Origin: Pseudomonadota bacterium
Lineage (GTDB): Bacteria > Pseudomonadota > Alphaproteobacteria > UBA828
Reading direction: 5' to 3'
Length of the DNA stretch: 64,000 nt
Assembly: GCA_027624955.1 (NCBI GenBank)
Contig: JAQBTG010000003.1
Location: 23,163 to 87,162 of the forward strand
Position 1 is the first letter of the stretch. Every line of letters starts with the position of its first letter. This document shows positions 19,805 through 29,557 of this stretch, in pieces. The notes under the pieces are model-generated. The model saw only the letters and a program-made list of their open reading frames with translations. It was not told the DNA's origin and ran no database searches. The position numbers were made by a program, and so were the translations under genes.

Positions 19805-21091
19805 ATGCTTTTAACCCTCCTCGGCACCGGCTGCCCGCAAGTCGATACCCGTCGGTTCGGCCCGTCGCAAATCGTGCGCCATCATGGCGGCACCTATTTG
19901 GTCGATTGCGGCTCGGGCACGACTCAGCGCCTCTATGGCGCGGGCAGCAACGGCGCCGCAGTGGACGCCGTCTTTCTCACCCATCTACATTCGGACCACA
20001 TTGTCGACCTCTTTCAGCTCTTCATTTCGAGTTGGCATCAGGGACGCGACCGGCCGCAATATATCTACGGCCCCAAGGGCACCAAGCGCTATGTCGAAGG
20101 CTTGCTGAAGCTGTGGAAACCGGAATTCAGTCAACGCATCGCGCATGAGATGCGCTCCACCACTGCGGCGCTCGGAGCGGAAGTGGTGGAAATAGAGTCA
20201 GGTGAAGTTTTCCGCTCCGGCGATATGGTTGTGACCGCGGTCGAAGTCGATCACTACCCGGTCAGTCCGGCTTTTGGATTCCTCTTCGAAACCTCGACGG
20301 CTCGCCTGGCCATCAGCGGCGATACCACCTATTGCCCGGCCTTGATCAAGGCCGCCAAGGGTGTCGATGTATTGGTGCATGAAGTCTATATCCATGACGG
20401 CACGCCACAGCGGATGTTGATGCGCGAAAATCAAGGCAGCATCAATGTGATGAGCTATCACACCAGCTCCGACGTAGTCGGCAAAGTGGCACGCGAAATG
20501 GAAGCTGGCGTTCTCGTGCTCAGCCATTTTGTGCCCACTCGATTCGACGAAGAGGAGTTGTTGCAGCAGGTGAGTGCTGATTTTGACGGCCCCATCTTGG
20601 TCGGCGAGGATTTGATGAACGTCGATGTGGAGCAACGCCGGGTATTGAGTTTTGGCATGTCGGTGGCGCTGGGCAAACAGCAAGCGCCAAAGAACAAAAA
20701 ATACAAACCCTTGGATCATCCAACTGCCGCGGCGCAGCAACAGGCGGCAGCCGATGCACAGGCGGCGGTCAGATTGGAGGCAGTTTCCTGGTTAGAAGCC
20801 GCGACTAAGGCGAACGTTCCGACCAAGTTGAAAACTCCGTCCAAGTCGAAAGCTTCGGCCAAGCCGACAACTCCGCCCAAGCCGAAAACTTCAGCCAAGT
20901 CGAAAACTTCAGCCAAGTCGAAGGCTTCAGCCAAGTCGCAAGCTTCAACCAAGTCAAAAACCTCAGCCAAGTCGAGAGTTACGGCCAAGTCAGCAGTTAA
21001 GTCGGCGGCCAAATCTAAAACCAAATCAGGGGCCAAGCCTCGGACCAAGTCTGTTGCCAAGAAGAAAACCAATCGCTCAAAACCATCCTAA
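19805..21091 (+). CDS. MBL-fold metallo-hydrolase (RNase Z/ElaC-like HxHxDH) fused to a Lys/Ser/Ala-rich histone-H1-like repeat tail
   Basis: N-terminal ~300 aa with LTLLGTGCP...THLHSDHI (HxHxDH). The C-terminal ~110 aa are repeats of KSKTSA/KSKASA encoded by 18-bp tandem DNA repeats. Confidence 0.7.
   Translation: MLLTLLGTGCPQVDTRRFGPSQIVRHHGGTYLVDCGSGTTQRLYGAGSNGAAVDAVFLTHLHSDHIVDLFQLFISSWHQGRDRPQYIYGPKGTKRYVEGLLKLWKPEFSQRIAHEMRSTTAALGAEVVEIESGEVFRSGDMVVTAVEVDHYPVSPAFGFLFETSTARLAISGDTTYCPALIKAAKGVDVLVHEVYIHDGTPQRMLMRENQGSINVMSYHTSSDVVGKVAREMEAGVLVLSHFVPTRFDEEELLQQVSADFDGPILVGEDLMNVDVEQRRVLSFGMSVALGKQQAPKNKKYKPLDHPTAAAQQQAAADAQAAVRLEAVSWLEAATKANVPTKLKTPSKSKASAKPTTPPKPKTSAKSKTSAKSKASAKSQASTKSKTSAKSRVTAKSAVKSAAKSKTKSGAKPRTKSVAKKKTNRSKPS
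20842..21003. repeat. About nine imperfect tandem copies of an 18-bp unit (CCAAGTCGAAAACTTCAG) inside the MBL-hydrolase gene
   Basis: Read directly from sequence. Consecutive 18-nt units each encode one KSKxSA hexapeptide. Coordinates may be off by about 1 nt. Confidence 0.7.
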
Positions 21092-21148
21092 TCCCCATCG
21101 CGCCGCCGGAAGCTGAATTCAGCGGAGTTCACACGCGGAGATCACACA

Positions 21149-21922
21149 ATGACGAAAAGAAGAGTCTTGGTCTTGGTTCCGGTGGTGCTGGATGAAAGCG
21201 GTCTTGCCAAACGACGGGCGCAGCAAAATTCGGTCGAACTTGGCCCCGACATTGAGTTTGATTATCGCCCGGTTAAGGCCGGCCCCGCGCTCTACGACAG
21301 CTATCACGATTTTGCCCTGGCCGATGTCGCGATGTTCGAGGCCGGTCTCAGCGCCGAGCAAGACGGCTATGACGCAGTGTGCATCGATACCATGAGCGAT
21401 TCCGGCGTCAACGCGTTGCGCTCGGTATTGGACATTCCTGTCATCGCGCCCGCCAAAGCGTCCTACCTGATGTGTCTTCTTCTCGCCACCCGCTTCGGCG
21501 TCCTGACCCAGTGGGACCGCTGGGACATCATCTATCGCAAAACCTTGCAAGAATACGGCCTCGCCGACAAATGCGTCGGCTTCCGTTCGCCAGGCCTCGC
21601 GCCTGATCCCGTAAACCTGCTCGGCGGCAAGGAAGACGTGGTATTCCCGCAATTCCTCAAATGCGGCCAGGAATTGGTTGAGATGGGCGCAGAGGCAATT
21701 TGTCTTGGCTCCACCACCATGCATGAAGCGCATGAATTCCTAGCGCGCGAGCTGCCAGTACCGGTGATTAATCCAGGACCGTTAACCTACAAACTTGCTG
21801 AAACAGTGCTCGGCATGGGCCTCAGCCACAGCCGCAAAGCCTACCCGCCGCCAAGCTATCTCAAACTCAATCTGGCCCACGCCATGATGGATGGTGCCGC
21901 AGCTTTTGACGGTGAGGATTGA
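21149..21922 (+). CDS. Asp/Glu/hydantoin racemase family protein
   Basis: 257 aa whose two-subdomain pattern (VLVLVPV...CIDTMSDSG...VIAP...LGST) resembles hydantoin/arylmalonate racemase-type enzymes. Family call only. Confidence 0.5.
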   Translation: MTKRRVLVLVPVVLDESGLAKRRAQQNSVELGPDIEFDYRPVKAGPALYDSYHDFALADVAMFEAGLSAEQDGYDAVCIDTMSDSGVNALRSVLDIPVIAPAKASYLMCLLLATRFGVLTQWDRWDIIYRKTLQEYGLADKCVGFRSPGLAPDPVNLLGGKEDVVFPQFLKCGQELVEMGAEAICLGSTTMHEAHEFLARELPVPVINPGPLTYKLAETVLGMGLSHSRKAYPPPSYLKLNLAHAMMDGAAAFDGED

Positions 21923-21926
21923 CGCG

Positions 21927-23306
21927 TTAATTCTTGACGAACTTGTCGTCGATAATATCGAGCGCCTGATCTAGAGAATCGATTGCCAGGTCAATCTCGT
22001 CCTGGGTGATCGTAAACGGCGGCCCGAGCTTGATAGTGTTAGGCGTGAATCCACCGAGGAAGATGCCGCGCTTGGCGTTTTCGCCGGCGATGATGTTATT
22101 GGGCATCTGCGTGAGATCACCGGTAAATGCCGAATACCGGTCTTCCGGCACGATCGGTGTGCCCTCGCCGTTTATCAGATCGACCGTATAGAAAAGGCCG
22201 CGCCCCGACACACGGCCGATGGACGGGTGTTTCTCATCAAGGGCGTCGAGGCGCTCTTTGAGGTAGGCGCCGCGCTGACGCACCTGTTGCAGCATGTTGT
22301 TGGCCAGCATGTATTCGAGATTGCCGACGATGGTGGCACAGACCAGCGGATGGCCATCCCAGGTACTGCCGCTCCACCAGCGCGCAGCTTCAAAATGCTC
22401 AGAAATTTCCTTACTGGCGATGACCGCGCCGACCGGCAATGCCGAGCCGTTCAACCCTTTGCCGGCGGCGATCAGATCAGGTTCGACTCCCGGCCAATGC
22501 ATATAGCCGAACCATTCGCCAAGGCGGCCGACGCCGCAGATCACTTCGTCATCGATCCACAGGAAGCCGTGGCGCTTGGAAATATCCCTGAGGCCGGCGG
22601 TGTAGTCACGGTGCGGAAACGTGCCGCCAGCGCCCAGCATGGGTTCGGTAATCACCGCCGCAATATTCTCACCGCCAATGGCACGGACGATCTGCTCGGT
22701 GGCTTCCAGCGATGGAAGACGACCCGTACCCTGCCAATCCTCAAACTCGGGCGCGGGAATGGGAATATAGCCCTGCGCCGGAAATCCGGGGACGTCCTGA
22801 ACTTGATTAAAATTTCCGGCCGGCGAGATATTCGCGCGGTACCCACGCGCCATTGTTGAGCCCATGACCATGCCATGGAACGAATGCGCCTGGGTGAGGA
22901 TGACGGATTTCCCGGTATAGAGCCGTGCCATGGTGATGCAGCTTTCCACCGCATCGGTGCCGGAAGAGAAAATCCTTGCCCGGCCAGCCCAGCCCGCCTC
23001 GCCGAGCAAATCCTCAATGATCAGTTTGGCCGCCCTGGCGCGATACTCATTGGCCATACCAAAATAGACATGGCCGTAGCGCTCCATAGCGCGTGTTAAT
23101 TCGGCATGGATAGCGGGATGACGGTGGCCCATGCTGTCCGATATAAGCTGACTCATAAAATCGAGCATGCGGGTGCCGTCCGCTAACGTAAACCAATTGC
23201 CGTCCATGCTATCGACCGGGGCATAGGTATGTTCAGACGCCGCTTGCAAACCGTGCAGGTAGTAGGAACGGTCCCATTTTTCTAATTGATCCCAATCACG
23301 CGACAT
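21927..23306 (-). CDS. Class III (omega) aminotransferase
   Basis: 459 aa with the class-III PLP motif DEVICGVGRLGEWFGY and an upstream TGxxxA... region. Confidence 0.85.
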   Translation of the reverse strand: MSRDWDQLEKWDRSYYLHGLQAASEHTYAPVDSMDGNWFTLADGTRMLDFMSQLISDSMGHRHPAIHAELTRAMERYGHVYFGMANEYRARAAKLIIEDLLGEAGWAGRARIFSSGTDAVESCITMARLYTGKSVILTQAHSFHGMVMGSTMARGYRANISPAGNFNQVQDVPGFPAQGYIPIPAPEFEDWQGTGRLPSLEATEQIVRAIGGENIAAVITEPMLGAGGTFPHRDYTAGLRDISKRHGFLWIDDEVICGVGRLGEWFGYMHWPGVEPDLIAAGKGLNGSALPVGAVIASKEISEHFEAARWWSGSTWDGHPLVCATIVGNLEYMLANNMLQQVRQRGAYLKERLDALDEKHPSIGRVSGRGLFYTVDLINGEGTPIVPEDRYSAFTGDLTQMPNNIIAGENAKRGIFLGGFTPNTIKLGPPFTITQDEIDLAIDSLDQALDIIDDKFVKN

Positions 23307-23376
23307 TATTTCGAACTCCCTGGTCCATAATTTCTCGACAGTGGTTCAATAAATTCATGCAAAGCAACGCTGGCAC

Positions 23377-24876
23377 ATGATAGCGCCCGGACTTAAGTTG
23401 AGAAACGCGATTCGATACACCGTAAGCAAAAGCAGTTTGGCGATAAGGTCAGTGGTGTCGATACAAGGTAAACGGGACGACTCAAAATCCCCAGTTGGCC
23501 AACCCACTTCTCGGCCGATCGGATTGTTGCGTGCATTGGACCGTTTGGCGTCGTGCTGGGTCAAGGATCAGGATTACCCAGACCTCGATGACAGATTGCG
23601 GGCAAAAGTTTTTGTTGTCGCGCATTTCCTGTCGCCCAACCTGGCGCTTGCCATCGCGGCCATGCTCTATTTTGGCGCCGATGTTGCGACACCGAGCCTC
23701 TATTGGTTGGTCCTCGGGTTCGCCCTCTTTTTCGTTTATCCCTTTGTTATCAAATGGGGACTATCTTACCGCGCCGCCAGCGTACCTTCTCTGGTGCAGT
23801 TTTCGCTGCTGATTTTTTCAGCGCTTTACTATTTCAACGGCATCCAATCGTTCGTAATCCCCTGGATTGCCTCGATTCCGGTGATCGGCATGTTGTTTCT
23901 TGGCGTGCGCGGCGCAATTTTGACCTGCCTCCTGGCAACGGCCGGACTCTTGACCATGCTCCTGCTCTATCTATCCGGGCACGAGTTTCCGCAGACGGTG
24001 GTCGGAGAGTGGCGCTCGCTGGCGTTTATCTTTTCGGCCGCGCTGTGCGTCATATTCATATCGGGCGCCGTGCTTTCTCATTTGAGCCTGTATGATTTGT
24101 CGCAGCGCCGTTTGAAACTCGAGTTGATGCGGCACCAACAAACGACGGCTCGGTATCGTCAGGCAAGAGACGCGGCGAATCAGGCCAGCCTCGCAAAATC
24201 GCGATTTTTGGCCACCGCTTCGCACGAATTTCGTACGCCTCTCACGACGATTCAGGCCGGTGTCGACCTACTGTTGCGATACCGCGATAAGATTGACGAA
24301 GCTCAAGGGGCGGAGTACCTCCGCGATGTCACGCGGCAGGTAAAAACGATCACACGGCTCCTGGATAATCTTTTGCTGGTCGGCGAAGAAGACGCGACCG
24401 ATATCGTTTTTCAGCCTGAGGCGATCAAGCTCGCCGATGTCTGCGAGGACATGCTGCGACAAATGCGCCTTGGCGCCCAGGAAAGCCAGGGATTGAAAAT
24501 CAATTTTTCCGGAGATTGTAAAACCGCATTTATGGACGAAGGGATCGTTAGACGAATCCTCTCGAACCTGCTGTCGAACGCGATTAAATATTCGCCGCGC
24601 GAGTCCGAAGTCTTGCTTACAGTGACGCGCCGCGACGACAGTGTCGAGATTCGCGTTGACGATCAGGGTGAAGGCATTGCCGAGGACGAAGTCGAACGTA
24701 TCTTCGAACGCTATTACCGCGTGAGCAGCACGTCACGGGTGGGCGGCACCGGCCTGGGATTATCGATCGTCAGGGCGGCCGTGGAAGCGCATCACGGGAC
24801 GATCCGGGTGGAAAGCCAGAGCGGCGAGGGAAGCAGCTTTATTGTGACCTTGCCGGCTTCTCCCGTTGAGATATGA
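23377..24876 (+). CDS. Membrane-bound sensor histidine kinase
   Basis: About 6 predicted TM helices in the first ~240 aa, then HisKA (ATASHEFRTPLTTIQ) and HATPase_c (GGTGLGLSIV). The true start may be downstream of the track start. Confidence 0.75.
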   Translation: MIAPGLKLRNAIRYTVSKSSLAIRSVVSIQGKRDDSKSPVGQPTSRPIGLLRALDRLASCWVKDQDYPDLDDRLRAKVFVVAHFLSPNLALAIAAMLYFGADVATPSLYWLVLGFALFFVYPFVIKWGLSYRAASVPSLVQFSLLIFSALYYFNGIQSFVIPWIASIPVIGMLFLGVRGAILTCLLATAGLLTMLLLYLSGHEFPQTVVGEWRSLAFIFSAALCVIFISGAVLSHLSLYDLSQRRLKLELMRHQQTTARYRQARDAANQASLAKSRFLATASHEFRTPLTTIQAGVDLLLRYRDKIDEAQGAEYLRDVTRQVKTITRLLDNLLLVGEEDATDIVFQPEAIKLADVCEDMLRQMRLGAQESQGLKINFSGDCKTAFMDEGIVRRILSNLLSNAIKYSPRESEVLLTVTRRDDSVEIRVDDQGEGIAEDEVERIFERYYRVSSTSRVGGTGLGLSIVRAAVEAHHGTIRVESQSGEGSSFIVTLPASPVEI

Positions 24877-24920
24877 GTCGCGTTCCACTCCACTAGCGCC
24901 CCTCCAGCCTGCCTGCGCCG

Positions 24921-25538
24921 TTATGGGCGCACTTCGACATAGTTGACGATCACGCCGACGCCCTCCGTTTCTGCAGAGACTTGGACCGCCTTGCGAAATT
25001 CTTCCTCGGAACGCGCCCGGCCGATAAGATAGACATTGGAAAATGCATCGACCGCGACGCGATAATTAACGTCGGCGATTCCGGCCGTTTCGATTAGGCT
25101 GATGCCGACACGTGCATCGAGTTCCAGGGCATCCACCCAATCGAGCATTTCCTCTTTGCGCGCTTCCTGCTCGTCTTCGCTCATATATTGGACATGCCAA
25201 TAGAGTTCCTTGATCCCATTGATAGCCTCCACTCGGGCGAGGAATTTTTCATAAAGCTGTGTGTCGTCGAACAGCCCCGTTATCAGCAGGCGCTGTTCGT
25301 AAATCTCGGTCGACGCCTTGATCGTGCCCAGATCCGCCATCACCGCGTTAACCTTCACGACGATCTCATTGTCCTTGTAAATATCTGAACTACTGCGTGC
25401 TTCAATGGCCCGGTCGATCAGGGTTTTGGGCGCCACCAAAATGTCGTCGAGAATTCCCGCCGAGGCTGGAGGCGCGGCTGACGACGCAATAAACGAGATG
25501 ATCGCGGCAAGGAGTGCGGTACTGAGGTGGATGCGCAT
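24921..25538 (-). CDS. Secreted BON-domain (OsmY-like) protein
   Basis: Signal peptide followed by two BON-like repeats (...VKVNAVMADL... and ...YRVAVDAFSNVYLIGRA...). Confidence 0.6.
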   Translation of the reverse strand: MRIHLSTALLAAIISFIASSAAPPASAGILDDILVAPKTLIDRAIEARSSSDIYKDNEIVVKVNAVMADLGTIKASTEIYEQRLLITGLFDDTQLYEKFLARVEAINGIKELYWHVQYMSEDEQEARKEEMLDWVDALELDARVGISLIETAGIADVNYRVAVDAFSNVYLIGRARSEEEFRKAVQVSAETEGVGVIVNYVEVRP

Positions 25539-25676
25539 GAATACTCTCTTTTCCGAAGGGTTGACGTCTGGACGACCTGTTAAGTCACTTGGTTCGGTGG
25601 CTAAACTGAGATGTATGAAGTGATTTGGCTATGCATTATCGACATTTCAAATGTTGGTTTTGCTTAATACTTCTAT

Positions 25677-25705
25677 TTGCATATTGACGCTCTCGGGCAT
25701 ATATA
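25677..25705 (+). promoter_or_regulatory. Putative sigma70 promoter of cspA (TTGCAT-N17-TATATA)
   Basis: Near-consensus -35/-10 hexamers with 17-nt spacing about 140 nt upstream of the cspA ATG, in an AT-rich leader. A long 5' UTR is typical of cspA-family genes. Confidence 0.45.
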
Positions 25706-25847
25706 GGCTACATCAGCCTTCGACCAATCGAAGTATCCAGCCTGGCGACTATGCTAAGCTACAATACTTCGTGCGAATTGGCGTGCTGTAAACCGTTCGC
25801 AAAAGCATTTTGCGGATGATCGCAATGATAAAGAGAGCAAGAGTAAT

Positions 25848-26057
25848 ATGAGTGTAGGAACCGTGAAGTGGTTCAATTCCGTCAAGGGGTATGGCTTTAT
25901 TAGCCCGGACGATGGTTCGAAGGACGCATTCGTCCATATTTCCGCTGTTGAGAGCGCCGGTCTGCCGGGCCTCGCAGAGGGACAACGGGTCGAGTTCGAA
26001 CTGCAACCGGGTAAGAACGGCAAAAGTTCGGCTGAAAATTTGGTTCTCGCCGACTAG
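25848..26057 (+). CDS. cspA: Cold-shock protein, CspA family
   Basis: 69 aa, [20 protein letters not shown]...DAFVHISA with RNP1/RNP2 motifs. Confidence 0.9.
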   Translation: MSVGTVKWFNSVKGYGFISPDDGSKDAFVHISAVESAGLPGLAEGQRVEFELQPGKNGKSSAENLVLAD

Positions 26058-26662
26058 CAGGCGTTTTCGGGGTGGCAAATCCCTTTTGAAATACTGAGGG
26101 ACTTTGCCGCCTCACCGACCTCTAATTAATGTTCCGGCGAGACTATGTTATTCGCCGGGAAGCACCGCAGTCCACCTCAACTAGAGCGGTGCGTATGGCG
26201 TTCGTATTGGCATTTTTTGCCAGTCGAAATACAGTCGAACGCTGGACGGCGGGATGCGGCCTAAAAAAGCAAATATTGGGCCGTGTGTATGAGGTTCTTA
26301 CCTTTTCCAGGCGCCCCTGCATTCAATTTCCTCGCCATCAATCAAACCGCTTTTTGGCTAGCCAAGCAGGCTCGCAATTCGTACTGAATGTGACGCCACG
26401 CACCAGCTAATTATGTAGCACCTGGTCACCAACACCAGGCAGATGAGATAAATTCTCTATTGCCGCCGGCAATCCCGAACTGCACACCCACGCCGCCGAC
26501 CAGGTTACAGAAGGCGGCACGTCCCCATGCGGCCGCACTGATCAGGCACCGCCCGTGATATGTTTAGGGCCTGGCTCGTTGAGTGATAAATGTTATGCCC
26601 TTGGCGGGGCTACTCCGCACGCCAAGTTCGGGCAACCGGGTGCCACTCCCCTCCGGTGAATA

Positions 26663-27490
26663 TTATACTTTCAGTGCGAGGGCCGCGTTGTCCTGGTCCT
26701 GCTCAGGCGCAGTACGTCGAGCGGCAGTTACACCCGCGAAGGTCTCAAGGTAGTCCGGATTCTCGGTGCCGCAGATACGGTCCCACCAAGTGAAATACAG
26801 GCCGTAATTACCTGCTTTAGCGCTGTGGTGCAGGTCGTGATGCGTAGTGGTAGTCAAAATGCCGAACACCCGATGCGTCGCGATGCCACGCGGAAACAAT
26901 TCGAAGCCGCTATGACCGACAACATTGCGCAGGATCATGTGAACCATGAACAGGTATATGACGCTGACATGAAGCGGCAGGACAAAGATTAGGAATGTTA
27001 GAAACATGGTTTGAACAACGGCTTCCAGCGGCGCAAAGGCGTAGGCCGCCCAAGGAGACGGGCTGTGCGATTCGTGATGCAGCCGATGAAACAGATGGAA
27101 GAGGCGCCGATGGTGCATCAAGCGGTGCGTCCAATAAAAATATGCATCATGCAGGACGATGGCAGCGATCAAACTGAAGATACCGTAGAGCCAGCCCAAT
27201 TCGGATGATTGAGCGTAAACCTGTGTCCAGCCTCGAGACATCAGCAAATAGATGCAAAATCCGTTCAGCGCGAAGACCATCGCAGTCAGGATCGAATAAC
27301 GCACCTCCCGCCGAATTGTCGCCGAGCGCGCAGAACCAAGTTGAATTTTACGCCCCCGGAAGGGATTGCCCGGCCACCGATAAAGAAAAAGGAATGCCGC
27401 GCCGGCTGGAATGGCAATCAGTAAAAGTTGGCCGCTAAGTATCATTAGCCAGACCGGTAGCGTTACGATGATATCTCCGAAACCAGCCAT
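26663..27490 (-). CDS. Sterol desaturase / fatty-acid hydroxylase superfamily membrane protein
   Basis: Histidine boxes HRLMHH and HRLHHESH in a polytopic membrane protein. Confidence 0.8.
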   Translation of the reverse strand: MAGFGDIIVTLPVWLMILSGQLLLIAIPAGAAFLFLYRWPGNPFRGRKIQLGSARSATIRREVRYSILTAMVFALNGFCIYLLMSRGWTQVYAQSSELGWLYGIFSLIAAIVLHDAYFYWTHRLMHHRRLFHLFHRLHHESHSPSPWAAYAFAPLEAVVQTMFLTFLIFVLPLHVSVIYLFMVHMILRNVVGHSGFELFPRGIATHRVFGILTTTTHHDLHHSAKAGNYGLYFTWWDRICGTENPDYLETFAGVTAARRTAPEQDQDNAALALKV

Positions 27491-27560
27491 GCCTGCCCTT
27501 CTTCCTACCTCGGAATATCCGCCGCAGGCACACCGCTCGGCCTATCTGAGGTGAAAATAT

Positions 27561-27635
27561 TGGCGACCCCTACGAGAATTGAACTCGTGTCTCCACTGTG
27601 AAAGAGTGGTGTCCTAACCTCTAGACGAAGGGGTC
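27561..27635 (-). tRNA. tRNA-Glu (anticodon UUC)
   Basis: 75-nt cloverleaf folded by hand: 7-bp acceptor stem (GACCCCT/AGGGGTC), D arm GTCT/GGAC, anticodon stem CCACT/AGTGG with loop CTTTCAC, T arm ACGAG-TTCAATT-CTCGT, discriminator G and encoded CCA. 5' half nearly identical to E. coli tRNA-Glu. Confidence 0.8.
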
Positions 27636-27734
27636 GAAGGCTAAGGGGGCTATCTAGTCGGGTGGCGACGTAAAATCAAGGCAGCAAATGCGTTGCGAAG
27701 GATATTTGCTGAAATTCATGCCGTTCAAGCCCCG

Positions 27735-29540
27735 TCAGGTCCAGTCCGCGCCGCTCGCATGCGCCGCATCCTGAATGATTAGTTGCACGTCGTCACGTTC
27801 TCGCCAGCGGTTTATGCGCAGATTCCCGGCCACGTGGAGCGGTCCTTCCGACGGCGAAAGCAACATATGTCCCAATTCCTCGCCCGCCGCGCGGAACGCG
27901 ATGCCGGTCAGCCGTTTGCCCGTGGCGCCGGCCAATATACAGCGGACATGGCCGTTACCGACCACTTTTGCACTGGCGATGCGCGACGCGGTGATGACCA
28001 TGCGCGGCTCGGAATTGCCGGAGCCGAACGGGCCCACCTGGGCAAGTTCTTCGACTAGTTCGAGCGTCGCCCCCTCGACCGTCAGCGCGCCGTCGATGCC
28101 AAGGCTCACCGATTGACGCGCTGCCGTCACAAATGGCGCGAGCCGGTCCATTAGAAAGCTGCCAAGCGCCTCCAACTGGTCTTCGGCCACTGTAAAACCG
28201 GCCGCCATCGCATGTCCGCCGCCGTTGAGCAACAGTCCGGCCTGGCGCGCCGCCGTGATCGCCGCCCCGATATCCACCCCGGTGATCGAGCGGCACGACG
28301 CTTTGCCGATTCCTTCCGCCACCGCAATGACGATGGCCGGGCGCGAAAAACGCTCCTTCAGCCGGCTTGCGACAATGCCGACCACTCCGGCATGCCAGCC
28401 AGCGCCGGCGGCGATGATAATCGGCGCCGGTGTTTCGCCGCGTGCCTCGATCTGGGCCGTCGCCGCGTCAAGAACATCCGCCTCGATGGCTTGGCGTTCC
28501 TTGTTGAGTTCACCCAAATGTAGCGCGATGGCCTTTGCGGCTTCGCCGTCCGAGGTCGTGAGCAGACGAATGCCGAGGCTCGATTCACCCACCCGACCGC
28601 CTGCGTTTACGCGCGGGCCAAGCACATAGCCGGCATGATAGGCGGTTGGCGCCTCGTCGAGACCGGCGCTATCGGACAGCGCCGCCAAACCAATATTGCC
28701 GCGCTTCGCCATGACCTTCAAACCTTGCATCGTTAGGGCGCGGTTAAGCCCGGTGAGCGGCACGACATCGCAGACCGTGCCCAGTGCCACCAGGTCGAGC
28801 AAGCCGAGCAAGTCCGGTTCTGGGCAGTCGGCTTTGTAATGTCCGGCCCGACGCAGGGTCCTGTTGAGCGCCACCAGCAGGAGAAAAGTCACACCAACCG
28901 CCGCCAGCTGGCCAAGACCGCTATCGTCGTCGAGGCGGTTGGGATTGACGATTGCCGTGGCGATCGGCAGGCGCGGCTCGGCGATATGGTGATCAACGAC
29001 GATGACTGAGAGACCGGCCGTCGCGGCCGCGTCCAAGGCGTCGAAAGCGGAGATACCACAATCCACGGTGACGACAAGCGCCACACCCTGTTCAGCCAGG
29101 GATTTGAGTGCTGGCGCGTTGGGGCCATACCCTTCGCGCATGCGGTCGGGAATGTAATAAGTTCCGGTGCTGCCGACTGCATTTAGGAAGCGTAGGATGA
29201 GCGCGCCGGAGGTGGCGCCATCGACATCGTAATCGCCGAACACGGCAATCTTTTCGCCGGATTGAATCGCCGCCGCCAAGAGATCGGCCGCCTTGTCCAT
29301 ATCGCGCAGCACGGATGGGTCGGGCAGCGTGTCTCGCAACGCCGGGTTTAAGAACCTTTCAGCGTCATCCGCGGTAATGCCGCGCGCGGCAAGAACCCGC
29401 GCTAGGATCTCGGATATTTCCAACTGCTGGGCCAGCGCCAGTGCAGCCCGGTCGTCTTCCAGGCGGGCTCGCCAGAACTTGCCGGAAACCGAACGCTCGA
29501 CGCTAAGAAAAGCACCCGACCCTGTTTGAGCGGCTGACAT
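27735..29540 (-). CDS. recJ: Single-stranded-DNA-specific exonuclease RecJ
   Basis: DHH motif (VVDHHIAEP) and a DHHA1 region. Start set at the ATG (MSAAQTG) with a G-rich RBS. The track start is TTG. Confidence 0.9.
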   Translation of the reverse strand: MSAAQTGSGAFLSVERSVSGKFWRARLEDDRAALALAQQLEISEILARVLAARGITADDAERFLNPALRDTLPDPSVLRDMDKAADLLAAAIQSGEKIAVFGDYDVDGATSGALILRFLNAVGSTGTYYIPDRMREGYGPNAPALKSLAEQGVALVVTVDCGISAFDALDAAATAGLSVIVVDHHIAEPRLPIATAIVNPNRLDDDSGLGQLAAVGVTFLLLVALNRTLRRAGHYKADCPEPDLLGLLDLVALGTVCDVVPLTGLNRALTMQGLKVMAKRGNIGLAALSDSAGLDEAPTAYHAGYVLGPRVNAGGRVGESSLGIRLLTTSDGEAAKAIALHLGELNKERQAIEADVLDAATAQIEARGETPAPIIIAAGAGWHAGVVGIVASRLKERFSRPAIVIAVAEGIGKASCRSITGVDIGAAITAARQAGLLLNGGGHAMAAGFTVAEDQLEALGSFLMDRLAPFVTAARQSVSLGIDGALTVEGATLELVEELAQVGPFGSGNSEPRMVITASRIASAKVVGNGHVRCILAGATGKRLTGIAFRAAGEELGHMLLSPSEGPLHVAGNLRINRWRERDDVQLIIQDAAHASGADWT

Positions 29541-29557
29541 GTCACCGCCCCCAGAAT

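Noticed and set aside
26129-26410. 93-aa ORF downstream of cspA
   Set aside because: Weak start context, Arg/Ala-rich composition and no recognisable family. The non-coding region is kept as a finding, but the ORF is not called as a gene.
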